A stretch of 64,000 nucleotides of DNA from Octopus bimaculoides (Eukaryota): assembly GCF_001194135.2 (NCBI RefSeq), contig NC_068992.1, forward strand, positions 64,878,883-64,942,882, read 5' to 3'. Below are positions 40,318-53,103 of the stretch, in pieces (within the stretch, counting starts at the first letter, position 1; each line of letters begins with the position of its first letter). A model generated the notes under the pieces. The model worked only from the letters and a program-made list of their open reading frames with translations. It was not told the origin of the DNA and ran no database searches. The position numbers were made by a program, and so were the translations under genes.

Positions 40318-41233
40318 TAGTTGATTTAGAGAGTTACAATTAAAAAGCGATGCAGTGAGATAACGATAGTGAAAGAGAGAACGTAAAAGAGAGAGACGAC
40401 ATAAAAATAGTGAAACAGTGGATAGGAAGAGAGAAAGGAAAAGGAGGGGAGAGAATGGACGAAACACATCAAAGAAATTAAAGATGGACACGAACAACAA
40501 CAACAGCAACGACAACAAGAATGCGAAATAACGAGTGGCAGTTGGAATAGAACATGTGAAGTTACTATGGTAACATTCACTGACAAAACATCAACATTAT
40601 GCGGATAGCGATGATTTACTATGGAAGTCGTTAAATAAGACATTAAGATAATTACGATAACTAGTGCGGTGTTNNNNNNNNNNNNNNNNNNNNNNNNNNN
40701 NNNNNNNNNNNNNNNNNNNNNNNNNNNNNNNNNNNNNNNNNNNNNNNNNNNNNNNNNNNNNNNNNNNNNNNNNNNNNNNNNNNNNNNNNNNNNNNNNNNN
40801 NNNNNNNNNNNNNNNNNNNNNNNNNNNNNNNNNNNNNNNNNNNNNNNNNNNNNNNNNNNNNNNNNNNNNNNNNNNNNNNNNNNNNNNNNNNNNNNNNNNN
40901 NNNNNNNNNNNNNNNNNNNNNNNNNNNNNNNNNNNNNNNNNNNNNNNNNNNNNNNNNNNNNNNNNNNNNNNNNNNNNGGAACAAAAACGGAATAGAGGGC
41001 ATTAAAACATTCGGACAAATAGATGATACAAAGGCGGACAAGAGAAACAACGATTAGAAGGACGGGACATTCGTGGTTTTCTTTCCTCAGTCAAGTTCCA
41101 GAAGTCACGGAGAACATGGTACACAATTAGGAATCGACTGAGAACGATTCAAATTGAGCTGGCGTGTATGAAGTGAAAGCCTAAAGGCAGGAACATAGGA
41201 GATGGACATAAGAGGTGTTATACTTAGATATAA

Positions 41234-41273
<40 letters not shown>

Positions 41274-41299
41274 GTGCACACGCGCGTACACACACTCAC

Positions 41300-41470
41300 A
41301 CATACGCAACGGGCTGTCACACCGACACAATTTGCTACAGCCATCTTTGATCCACTGCGAAGTTAGAAAAGTAAATAAACAGTAAACACATCCCAAAGAT
41401 GCCACCAAGTGGGAGCGAACTGGAAACATGGTGGTCGTGAAGCCAACTTCTTAACCTCTCAGCCACCGTT
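41300..41470 (-). mobile_element. SINE family B, degraded head region
   Basis: Minus strand reads gtggctgagaggttaagaagttggcttc...ccagttcgctcccacttggtggcatctttggg: A-box-like and B-box-like motifs similar to the 24.7 kb copy. Confidence 0.55.
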
Positions 41471-42040
41471 ACAATGTGTTTCGAAAGTAAAACAAGTTCA
41501 GTTCGTCTGGAATAATCATATGTAAAATCTTGGTGATGACGATTACAATGCTGATGGTGATGATGATGATATTGATGATGATGGTGATGGCGATGATGAT
41601 GATGATCTTAGAATGTCTTATTTTTATTAGAAATAATATCCAATAATTGTCTTGATAGAACTCGCAAGAACAATTTACCGTTTCATTCTTCCCATAAATT
41701 GGTGATGATACAACATTGACGACAATCTTTGGTAACCTGATTCCAGCCCACGTTCTACACGTCTCACCTGTCTGTTTATGACGGTGACGCATGCAGGAAA
41801 AACTAGAGAAGCAACATTTTTTCCGAAATATATTAATGAAGCTGAAGAGATTTCCTTACAAACATCATCCGTTGTATTTGATATGATAAAGTGTATCGCA
41901 TAAACGCGAATTGTTGTTGTTTTTGTTTCATTGTTAGCAAAAACGTAACAAATACTTCACCACCATCACTCCTATATCCAACACCAGCAACATCAAAAAC
42001 CACACACCACGGTCACCACCACCACCACCACCACCACCAC

Positions 42041-42504
42041 ACTGGGTCCATTCCAAGTGACTTCATGGTAGTTCTTATGCCGTCCTTAAGCCTTTTTCTA
42101 GGTTTTTACCAATAGCGTTTCCCCTCTGCAAGCGCACCATAAAACAGCTGTTGAGGTGTGCGTTCATCCGCCATTCGAACAATATGGCCACACCATCTCA
42201 TTTAGTTTATCAAAATCATTTCTTTAATTGAAGCGTTTGGAGGAAAAGAACTGCATTTAATGTTTAAAGTGCAATGAAGGCACTTTTGGCGGAATTTTTC
42301 TAGCAATTTGAAATGTCTTTCATAACATGTCCATGTTTCAGAAGAATACAACAGGGATGGTAAGACAAACGATTTGTAAAAAGCCAATTTTGTGTTGTTA
42401 TTTATATTTCGTTGGCACCAATCGTGTGACGGCTTTTTTCGAAAGTCGATTGTAGCAGTGACTCGATCAATCCCTAGGGATATTTGAAGAAGGAATTTTT
42501 GCAT
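42041..42504 (-). mobile_element. RTE LINE fragment, C-terminal ORF region, decayed
   Basis: TKLAFYKSFVLPSLLYSSETWTCYERHFKLLEKFRQKCL, then MRWCGHIVRMADERTPQQLFYGALAEGKR..KPRKRLKD, matching the RTE post-RT motifs LLYGSETW and LRWLGHV.RM.D.R.PK. Confidence 0.85.
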
Positions 42505-45353
42505 TCCGAAATATTATATCAGACTATGGGGTGATTAAATTACAACAGTTATTATAGTCCATTGTTGTGCCATTCAAAATACATTATTACTCTTTANNNN
42601 NNNNNNNNNNNNNNNNNNNNNNNNNNNNNNNNNNNNNNNNNNNNNNNNNNNNNNNNNNNNNNNNNNNNNNNNNNNNNNNNNNNNNNNNNNNNNNNNNNNN
42701 NNNNNNNNNNNNNNNNNNNNNNNNNNNNNNNNNNNNNNNNNNNNNNNNNNNNNNNNNNNNNNNNNNNNNNNNNNNNNNNNNNNNNNNNNNNNNNNNNNNN
42801 NNNNNNNNNNNNNNNNNNNNNNNNNNNCACGCCTGAAAATAGAGGTAAAATAAATCATTAAATCAGCCAATCGGAGTCTTTATATGCGAGCAGTTTTTCG
42901 ACAACTCAGAAACAACGTTTTTCAGATGGTATTTAAAATCATAATTATACTTACTTGAAAATCACTCTTTCAAAAAAAAAAAAAAAGAAAAAAAAAAAGA
43001 AAAGAAAAAAAAGCCATACAAGGCTAAATCAAAAATAACATCTGGAATTTTAATCCAGTTTCCTTCACTTTTCAATGATTAGCAGATGAGCGACTATCTT
43101 TCCATACAGACACAACAGGGGCTACGCTTTCAGGTCTTTTGCATAATGTTTTCAGAAATAACCCAATAAGTTTACCATTAATTCCATGAAATATTCACGG
43201 GTTCCGCTAGTATATACATACTGTGTCTAAACAAACAGATTAGCTTGTCAGGGATGGGGCGTTTTTGACCAAAGAGCTGCCCTCGCAGTACTGTCGCTTT
43301 CTAAGAAGAAACAATGAAGCCAGAAAATAATCTGTCTCCCGTCCAGTTCCGAAGTAGCATCTAAATTCAATTAAAATACACCTTGCAACCCTAAAACGAA
43401 TTGGTCATATCAAAAATTGTTGTGGGTTGTATGTACAAAACAGACAAGGTAGTTTCTGATCATAATTCTGTACCCTCAGCACTGACTTAGCGTTAAACGA
43501 AAATAACATTGTATTCGTTTCTGTAATTGCGACAAAGCGATTTCTTTGTGAGATATTGAAAACATGTAAACCAGGAAATAATCAATGATAGAAACGAGAA
43601 GAATACAACATTGAACTGGAACATGTTATTATGGGAATGTTTATCAGAATTTGAGACGAGGTCTTATATTCTTTGTTATTCAGTTCCATGACCCAATTTG
43701 AACGTTCATTCCGAATGAAAACAGTTTTTTTTTGTTAATGACTTTCTTTTCACAAAATAGGAGAAATTCTTGAAGCTAACGAGTACTTTTTACCTGAAGA
43801 ATTGCTTCAGACTTTGTCTGGGATCGTTTGGAAAGTACTGTTGATCCATACACGATAGCAACTGAGTACAAAGCAGTTCTCAAAACGATAAATTATACAG
43901 CTTAATAGCATTCCGATATGTCGTATAGCAGCCACCTTTGTATTCATTTACTTATTTTTTGCCTGAATTAGGTTCATTGAAAACAAGATAAATGGCTGTA
44001 ATAATACATTAATTATAGCTAATACCATTCACTGCCAACGGCCATGGTATATAAAAATAAAATACAGTTAACACTTGTTTACTGCTGCCACACTCGCTGA
44101 CTTGAAGCCTCGCATTAGCATCGCCTTGGCAAGTTTCACTGCCTTACATAGAGACAAAAAGACATAAAATCTAAGATTTTAAAGACATGGTGTTTCGATG
44201 TACCTATTCTAAAGAAGTATCGTAAGAATTGGATGAGGAATCTGTCAAAATTTGATTTATAGGTTTCCGAAAGAGCATTTTAGATGGAGAACTGAAACAA
44301 GATGAGTGAGATATCCTGAAACTGAAAATATAAAACGAGGCTTTTGGTAGCCATGTTGAATAGTTGCCATATCTTTAACAACCGCAACCGTACACGCTGG
44401 GAGAAAAGAAATTGGAATAAAGGTGTCGTGAAATATGGAGTGCATGTTATGTTTGTGAAATGGTCGGTGGAAAAGACCGTGTCATTTATTACTGAGATTT
44501 CAGTGAGTATAATTCCGATGAAAGTCTGGCCTTGCGTTTGGTGTTGGAAACCGCAGAGAATCCACCAATGCCTTTGAAAGCATCGACTGCCACCATCTAG
44601 TAGTGGTGATAGTAGTAATAGTAGTAGTAGGAGTTGTTGTTATTGCTGTTGTCTTGAGATGCTAACGTCTTCGACTGATCAGTGGAATGTTTAACCCACA
44701 GTTACTTATAAAGATTAAACAGTAATGCTTGCAGCAAGTTGACTTGCTAGTTATAGCAACCAAAAGTTCCTGAAACTTCACCAGATATCCTGAAAAAGCT
44801 CCAGAAAGGCGGTTTGAATAATTTAGTCCCGGTTACATTGTGTAGAATAGATTCGAATGTCATATCTGTAATAATTTTAATCAATAATAGCAACAAAAAC
44901 AACAAAAGCAACAACGTGTTAGATGAATCCATTAATGATTATAATTGTTTTCAGTTTGGGAACAAAATCAGGAATTTGACTGAACGCTAATCACTTAAAT
45001 AGACCCCATTACTTGACTGGTACTGTATTTTATCCAACTTGAAGAGATGAACGACAGCTGATATTGGCAGGATTTGAACTAAAAAGGTAACGCTCTGAAA
45101 CGGATAACTGATTATTTATTGTCAAGGGTATCCATCAATGGGTGCCCATGCCTATTGATGCACACGTGGATCGAAATTGTATCCAGTTTCTGTTCTATGA
45201 ACAAAACTAAATGAATCATAAGTCAACAATGATATCCTTACAAAGTTGTTCGAAATTTTGGACAGGAGGAAAGGATTGTGGAAACGATCGTTTCTGTTGC
45301 CTCAAAGACTTGTGGGAAAGTAAAGTGTTGGAGCAAGAATACACAAAGCGGAG

Positions 45354-45393
<40 letters not shown>

Positions 45394-45573
45394 TTATCTG
45401 NNNNNNNNNNNNNNNNNNNNNNNNNNNNNNNNNNNNNNNNNNNNNNNNNNNNNNNNNNNNNNNNNNNNNNNNNNNNNNNNNNNNNNNNNNNNNNNNNNNN
45501 NNNNNNNNNNNNNNNNNNNNNNNNNNNNNNNNNNNNNNNNNNNNNNNNNNNNNNNNNNNNNNNNNNNNNNNNN

Positions 45574-45617
<44 letters not shown>

Positions 45618-47749
45618 ATTACATACGACATATATTTACAGATAATATTCATATATACTCACGTATGCATACATATGCACGCGCGTACTAGAAGTACTTA
45701 TGCCAAGACAGTTATGCTTACTCATATACAGACACAACACAGTAACACATACATAGGCATACACACACACACATAGAGAGAGAGACTAACCTAATCCACA
45801 CGCATGCATAATACACACGTATACACACGCATACACTCAAGTATATACAAACCTTCCTCGCGCACACATAAATACACCTACAACACGACTGGCATGATAT
45901 CACAACCATGGACATATTAACTGAATAACACACTCACACACCCACACACCGAGACCTACTTATAATACATGCTTACACACACACACACACACACAGCATT
46001 TCAAGTATTCACGCGTACATACAAGTACATACGCTCTGAAAGCCAAGAGAAAAATCAAACACTTAACAAAGAATGCCGACGGCGAAATCGATAACACGAG
46101 TTGTGGTTTTGAGTTCCTGGAGCTGAGCTGAGGAATTTACCAAATTGGCAAAATTGAGAAATTGAAGGAATGACTGCTTGAAACCGATTGTTTCTTAAGA
46201 TGTTAGTATTGGCGGTGATGGTGGTGGGGTTGGTGGTGGTGGTGTGGACTGCGGTGATCCTGATGGAGAAAGGGGAGACATGAGCAATGTCCATATGAAA
46301 TTATATATTACAATGCATTCGTTATAGGTAGAACATATTGTAAAATCCTAAATTGAAAGCGGCTCCTTTGATGTTGGTCGATGTATGAAGAGATTGTCAA
46401 GAGAAATAGGAATGATTCATTGAATACATAAAATATATAAGAATAAATATATTAAGCTTTGTTCCATGAAGGAGAGGTTTAGAGCTCTAAGCATGAGTAT
46501 CTGTGGCTTCAGCTTATTATACCATTTATTGATGTTGTTGCTGTCGTTGTTGTTGTTGGTATTGTGGAGGGGAGAGTTACAGGATTGAAAAATCGACAGA
46601 ATAAATGATTTTAGTAATTGAGTTTTGTTGCTTTCAGCACTGTGACCGACTTCTGCCGGTGTAGACTATTTTGCTTTGTTTTTCCGGGGCCGGTGAAATA
46701 TAGATCTGTTGGCAAATCCAACCATACCTTCCTTTAAATTGTGTGATATTGTACTCGTTTTCGAAATGATTTCAATGATGCTTAAGGTCTTTCGAGGTAA
46801 ATAATATAAACACCTCAGTTTAAAACACTAGCACTGACTCTCATAATGTCTAACCCGGTCGTTATGTAAGGCTAGTTGTTTTCTGAGTTTATTTTGAACA
46901 TCCATCGCCCCACTGACAAAATTTGACAAAGAAGGACTGGAAGGTTTTTTTTTTTACCTGTTTCAGGGTGTTATGATGACACAAATAGATAGATAGATAG
47001 TTAGATAGATAGACAGACAAATATATATAAACAGGTGGTGTATAACAGAGCGGGATGACGTGGGAAGGAGTGTTCAGTCTTGATTTTAAACAGAAATGAA
47101 GGTGGAAATGAAAGAAAGAAAATGGAAACGAAGGCAGACATGGAGATAGAAAACGGTGTACGCAATCAACTACCTACTCTGTATATATTTCAGTCAAATA
47201 TGTTTGGTTCAGTCTGAATAATTAACAAAAAAAAAAAGAAAAGAAAACTAAGGAATCGTTTACATATTTATACGCATATACACATATACGCTCATAGGTG
47301 AACAAATTTTTACAAAAACACAAGCAACTTTATATATCTTATATATCTCTAAATTTTATCTTATGTACACATATGTAACATTTTCGAAATAAAGAAATAT
47401 AATTCACCATACTAAAAACATGTAAAAGATAATATAAAATATAATCTGTTGTTATATCGATTGCTTTAATATTTTACAGTGTTCCATCACTGAAAAAATA
47501 TATAGACAGACAACGTCTCCAACATTTGCGTTTATTTTTATCAAATATAAAGTATGTATTCTTCCTGTTTACTTGCCATCAGAAATATCACAATTGTGAC
47601 AGTCACTTTACTACAAGGAGCTCACTCATAAAAATGATTTTATTTGAACATCATGTATTTCCTTTTGCCTTCAGAACAACTCGTATGTATTTTCACAATC
47701 TTTCGTCGCTATCATTTCCTCAAAGTATACGCACACACGCTCGCACACA

Positions 47750-47807
<58 letters not shown>

Positions 47808-47965
47808 NNNNNNNNNNNNNNNNNNNNNNNNNNNNNNNNNNNNNNNNNNNNNNNNNNNNNNNNNNNNNNNNNNNNNNNNNNNNNNNNNNNNNNNNNNNNN
47901 NNNNNNNNNNNNNNNNNNNNNNNNNNNNNNNNNNNNNNNNNNNNNNNNNNNNNNNNNNNNNNNNN

Positions 47966-48006
<41 letters not shown>

Positions 48007-48783
48007 TCTATCTATTCATTTTCGGATGTTTTGGGAGGAGTTGGTTTTCTAACTACAAGAGAAACCAAAGATGGAATATTAACTGTTACAGCCTACCTTG
48101 AAATGTAGGCATACACATAGCTGAAATTTCCTTTTATTTGCTCAAAAAATATTTCCTACAACAGCAGAGATATAAAATCACTATATAATGATCACCGTTA
48201 TAAATATATAGATATCGCCTGCCTTTCATTGTCCTCGGCCTTTTTCATCTCCTCCTCCTTCTCCTGACCGTAGTTCACCTCTACCTTCTATTTCTCTTTC
48301 TCTTTGTCTTCGCAGTTAAAAACTATTCAACAATTCAGACCTCTATCTCTAGTCTACCAAGCCGTTAAAACATTAAAATATCACAATGTGTTAATAGAAA
48401 GCCAGGTATTTATTACAATATATGCATATCACAGCAATCGGCACCGTATTTTACAGTTCATTTTGTTGCTAATCTGTTTATCTTCAATACATTATACATA
48501 CAATGAAATTTTCATTCCGGGTTAATCACATGAGAACGAACATAAGATTAGAGTTGCAAAGATTTAAATATTATTGCTTTGGTTCAGTTTTGCTCTATGA
48601 AATATATTAACATTATTGTCACCTAGGAAACGAAGTAAATAAATAAATATATATATATATATTAAAATTCTTCCACATATTATTCTCTGCGTGTGTATGT
48701 GTACGTATGTATATGTGAGTACATATATGCGTGTGGATATATATATACATATATATGAAGATGCATGTACATAAATTTATATA

Positions 48784-48820
<37 letters not shown>

Positions 48821-48940
48821 NNNNNNNNNNNNNNNNNNNNNNNNNNNNNNNNNNNNNNNNNNNNNNNNNNNNNNNNNNNNNNNNNNNNNNNNNATATATG
48901 TATACACACACACGCACGCACACACACTCATATATAGATA

Positions 48941-49004
48941 TGGCGTAGTGGTTAAGAGCGCAGGGTACTAACCCCAAGATTTCGAGTTCGATTCCAGGCA
49001 GTGA

Positions 49005-49064
<60 letters not shown>

Positions 49065-49228
49065 CAACAACAACAACAACATCGAAAAATATCACAGGAA
49101 TGAGAACCGAGGTTCGAAATTTCCCCAAGACACCTGATGAAGGTTGGAGAGCATATCATCCGAGACGTTGTGCTAACAACAAACAAGATGAGGACAAAAA
49201 TCCGTGAAATGTAAATAATGTAAATAAT
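48941..49228 (+). mobile_element. Short element: tRNA-derived head, (TAA)n(CAA)n, body with a hammerhead-like motif, 3' (ATGTAAATA)2
   Basis: A box TGGCGTAGTGG (48941-48951), B box GTTCGATTCC (48986-48995), microsatellite 49009-49080, CTGATGA at 49134-49140, tandem 9-mer at 49209-49226. Confidence 0.7.
49129..49174 (+). ncRNA. Minimal type I hammerhead ribozyme motif, probably inactive in this copy (GAAA changed to GAGA)
   Basis: Stem I GACAC(49129-33) with GTGCT(49170-74); core CTGATGA plus an extra A; stem II GGTTG...CATCC; GAGA; palindromic ACGT stem III; GTT cleavage triplet. Confidence 0.6.
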
Positions 49229-49544
49229 ATAAGCAAAATTTACGTTAGTTAAAATAGTTTGTGTCATATTTCACCTGTTAGAAAGGCAAATTCACTGCAG
49301 TTTCCGTGGTGAAAAATTCTCTCTTATGTTCAAAAGGTGTAAAAACATATCTTTCCTGTGTCGCCCCCTGTCAGGACTCACAGACGTCGATGTTTCAAGC
49401 TCTTTAGCCGTAATCAATACGAAATGTCTCAGGGAGGCAACTCTGGATAGATCTTTTCAAAATACAGTCAACAAAATTGACTGATTAGCGCTAATACAGT
49501 GCTCATGTCGTAGAAACTACCGTAATACTAGCACCAAGCAGTGT

Positions 49545-49870
49545 ATCTGTCTAGCGGAGAATATCATGGCCACTGTTCCTTCACCTGATCTAAAGTCACC
49601 GTAATTCAGGGATGTGTGTAGGGTAAATCTCTCCCATCCACTTGTTGAACAAATGACTAGGGAGCACTTTGCCGACAGCTTCCAGGAATGCGATACGACA
49701 GTGGTGATCTCAAATTACTTTTTCTCCTTTTCCCTTGGACATTGGCACTAAAATACCATCAATTCAGTCTTTTGGGATAGAGGAGCCAGTCCAGCTCTTG
49801 GTGGTGAGGTTAAAACTGTTCGCTTCTAGCCTTCAGTAGTACGACGGGAGAGTCATCTCGATCCGGTGTT
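49545..49870 (-). mobile_element. RTE LINE fragment, N-terminal part of the RT domain, strongly decayed
   Basis: Minus-strand pieces PDRDDSPVVLLKA, SIPKD*IDGILVPMSKGKGEK, RIAFLEAVGKVL and DFRSGEGTVAMIFSARQI align with the RTE consensus PGxDGIPxE.LK, PQDWRDA.IV.LYKxKG, GISLLSxVGKV and GFRxGRSTxDMIFxLRQ. Not in the ORF track because of stops and frameshifts. Confidence 0.75.
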
Positions 49871-50967
49871 CTACTGGCATTTATTTGTTTGAGAGCCATT
49901 TTCACCTCAAGATGCTAATCGATCCATTCTGAGATTTTTATCACATTAAAGAAGAATCTATAACATTATCTTCGAGCATTGATGGACTCTCTAATAAATC
50001 AGGGAACTGTACTCCATAGATGAAATGTGATATTTGTTAGCGAACTTCAATGAGACATAAAATTAACCGCTGGGATATCATCAGTGGTTATTTCTTGCAC
50101 ATTAGAAAAAATATCGACATTTTTTAAACATTATAGAGACATAACAAACAGTGTATATAGAAGCGAGTATATAAATGTCGGAAAGAGGTTCGTAGTTGAG
50201 GAGGGCTTTAAAAAGAAAAAAGATTAACAAAACTAAAGACTTTCATATTGAAAGAGAACGGAAAGACCATAAGTTGCCAGAGGAAAATATCAATTTACTG
50301 CATGGATTATTTCAATAAACTTGTAGAATATTACTTGCTCGAGTTCCATGAATTTAAGAAAACACGTTTACAAGGTTCAAAAAACCGAAACAGTTGATAA
50401 ATCTGGACAGAAATTAAATGAATATAATGAAAACCAAACGACAAAAAAACAAGTAGAAATAAAGATATAATTAGCTTTGGTTTGCTTGTTTCAGGCTTCC
50501 AAGAAAATAATAGAATAAAGAAATTATTGAAGATGTCTTCTCTCGAATATAATGATGTTGGGCATGATCTGGTTTTCGGATAATTTTATTGCTTTCTTAT
50601 TTATTTTATAATATATTTACTATTCCCTATCTTTTTTTTTTTTTTACCTCGAATAGCAATTTGAAATAACAATGATGGTGATGCTGCTGCTACTGCTGAT
50701 GATGATGATACAAAATGATGATCATTGTTATCATAATTCTCATTATAATCATCATCATCATCAGCAACAGCAACGGCAAGAACAGCAGTGACAACAATAA
50801 CAACGACAACAGCAACATCAGAAAGCTGATAATCAAATTTTATTGCCGTGCGACGACGATTTTAATCAAAAAATCACAGAAAATATTTTAATGATAACTT
50901 GTAATTTCATGCTGGATATAAATTCAATATTTCTAGTGTAGTATCTGGATATAATTTCTGACAATTG

Positions 50968-50969
50968 TA

Positions 50970-51010
<41 letters not shown>

Positions 51011-51053
51011 GTTGTTGTTGTTGTTGCTGTTATCATCATCATCATCATCATCA

Positions 51054-51127
<74 letters not shown>

Positions 51128-51128
51128 G
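50968..51128. repeat. Compound (ATT)n(GTT)n(ATC)n(ATT)n microsatellite
   Basis: Read directly from the sequence; directly precedes a family A SINE head. Confidence 0.97.
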
Positions 51129-51130
51129 AG

Positions 51131-51293
51131 AGCAGCGAGCTGGCAGAATCGTTAGCGTGCCGGGAGAAATGCTTGGCGGTATTTCGTCTATCTCCACGTT
51201 CTGAGTTCAAATTGCCGCCGGAGTCGACTTTGCCTTTCATCCTTTCGGGGGTCGATAACTTAAATACCAGTTGCGCACTGGGGTCGACTGGTC
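51131..51293 (+). mobile_element. SINE family A, sense orientation, lacking the tail
   Basis: gcgagctggcagaatcgttagc (A box), gagttcaaatt (B box), core gtcgactttgcctttcatcctttcgggggtcgataacttaaataccagt. Preceded by a long (ATT)n. Confidence 0.88.
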
Positions 51294-51383
51294 GCCTCTC
51301 GTTGGCTGTTCTTGTTCGAAATTCATGACTACTCTCAGGTCCATTTCTGTTAACTCCTTCTGCATCAGCAGCATACTGTAGCA

Positions 51384-51575
51384 GAGCAGGCAGAACCGTT
51401 AGCACGCCGGATAAAATGCTTAGCGGCATTTCGCCCGTCTCTATGTTCTCAGCTCAAATTCTCGGAGGTTGATTTTGTCTTTCATCCATTTCGGGATAGA
51501 TAATTGATTACTTGGGTCGAAGCAATCGATTTTCTCTCTCCTCCGAAATTGCCAGCCTTGTGCCAAAATTTGAGT
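51384..51575 (+). mobile_element. SINE family A, second tandem copy
   Basis: ggcagaaccgttagcacgccgg...ctcaaattc...ctttcatcc...ccttgtgccaaaatttg followed by attatt. Confidence 0.8.
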
Positions 51576-52077
51576 CCATTATTATCATTATTCTCGTCGT
51601 CATGATTATATTCATTATCGTCGACAACAACAATAACAACAACAACAACAACAACAATAACAACAACAACAACAGTAATAATACATTTCAAAATCTCTGA
51701 GAGAGATTTATGCAGTCTCCACTTTGAAAACATTAGGACACAGGAAATGTGTCAAGTCCAACAGGAAACGGTGTTTCCTAGGGCTAAAGAACAGTAGCAT
51801 TCTTCCCTTTTATGGGACTGTCACATTAAGTTGACAACATACTATCACTTTAACAACAGCAACAAAAACGGAAAACCAACAACAACAACGGGAGTAAAGT
51901 CAAACGGTTTCCACTTAGAGTTGAAGCCGGCTTGTAATTGTAATGTAATATGAAATTATGTATTACTTAATAACGTTATAGGAATATTGATTTTATATTT
52001 CCAGTCGAACATTAGGTTATGTGATTTATCGACTGCACTTGAACTCTGTTGAAAGGGAGCGTACCTTAGGAAAATCT

Positions 52078-53103
52078 TTAGCAAGTAAATAGAGTTTCTA
52101 AGAAACATGCTTGACATAAAGCAAGAAACGTGTTAGGTTGAGGTAGTGACCTCTGTAATGCCATATGAAAGATTGCTCTCGTCAAAAATGTATATCTTCT
52201 CAGTAGAATTTTGGCTGAAGTAGTCGGACGTTTGTGTTTCTCTATTACTCTGGTATGGAGAATGTGCTGTAGAAAGTGAAAAATCGTTACACTCTTGAAC
52301 GGAGGGACCCCTTTATTGCAGCTCCTTGGATCAAACCAAGTAAACCAGTGATCGAACTCATTTAAGCTATAATCACTCCGACTTAACTTCCATGAATAGT
52401 CTTTCCTGGACGACAATATGCAGTTGTGCTTCTTTAAGACTAGGTGCCTAAGGAATACTTGGTTGCTGTGTTTAGTTGGTTGCGTAGCAAAACAGAGGTT
52501 TGCCCCTGTTTCTTGGATAAGTTTATTAATAGATAAACCGGAATATTCGTGGGTTTGGCTAAATTAATTTGAAAATGGAAAACGTAAATTTTTTGCCGGA
52601 TCTATGATGTAAAAACGTTTTCCTTTTCCCAAAACGTTAATATGTTATTTTCGAAAGCAGTGAGTATTACTGTTTGTTTGGCATATTACGTTCTTGTGTT
52701 TGTAGAGCTGGGAGATCATAGTTTCTAGTGAGAGGGACTGCTGCACTATAAAAGAGAGCATCAGGGCAGTACATTTAATCATGAAAGGAAGCTTCACTGC
52801 AATACCAGTCGCATCAGTTTGTAACGAGCTTTCATGAATGATGGTTGCCTCGGAGACATTGTATTCGCTGATGACAATTAGACAATATTTCAAAAATTGG
52901 TGTTGAAGGAGATCGCTAGTTATTGGTATTGAAAACTTCTCATAGCCAACAGTTTCAGTTTCCATTGAAATACGAGTTGGATCGGTGATATTCAATTTAA
53001 TTGGAGGTACATTTGGATTCGCAGTTTCTGAGGTAAATTGCAAGTAAGTGTATTTTTCCAGTCTCGCAAATTCAATGAATGTATATGCTAATAAAACAGA
53101 TTC
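52078..53103 (-). pseudogene. Relic reading frame of unknown origin: 342 codons in one frame with two internal stops
   Basis: The ORF-track entries 52645..53043 and 52078..52416 are in the same frame. Manual translation is open from 53103 to 52648 (152 codons), TAA, 26 codons, TAA, then 161 codons to the stop at 52080-52078. The sequence is non-repetitive and I do not recognise a family. Confidence 0.5.

Noticed and set aside
48941-49006. tRNA gene
   Set aside because: A and B boxes and an anticodon-like arm are present, but the acceptor stem does not pair and the sequence runs into a repeat body, so it is a SINE-type head.
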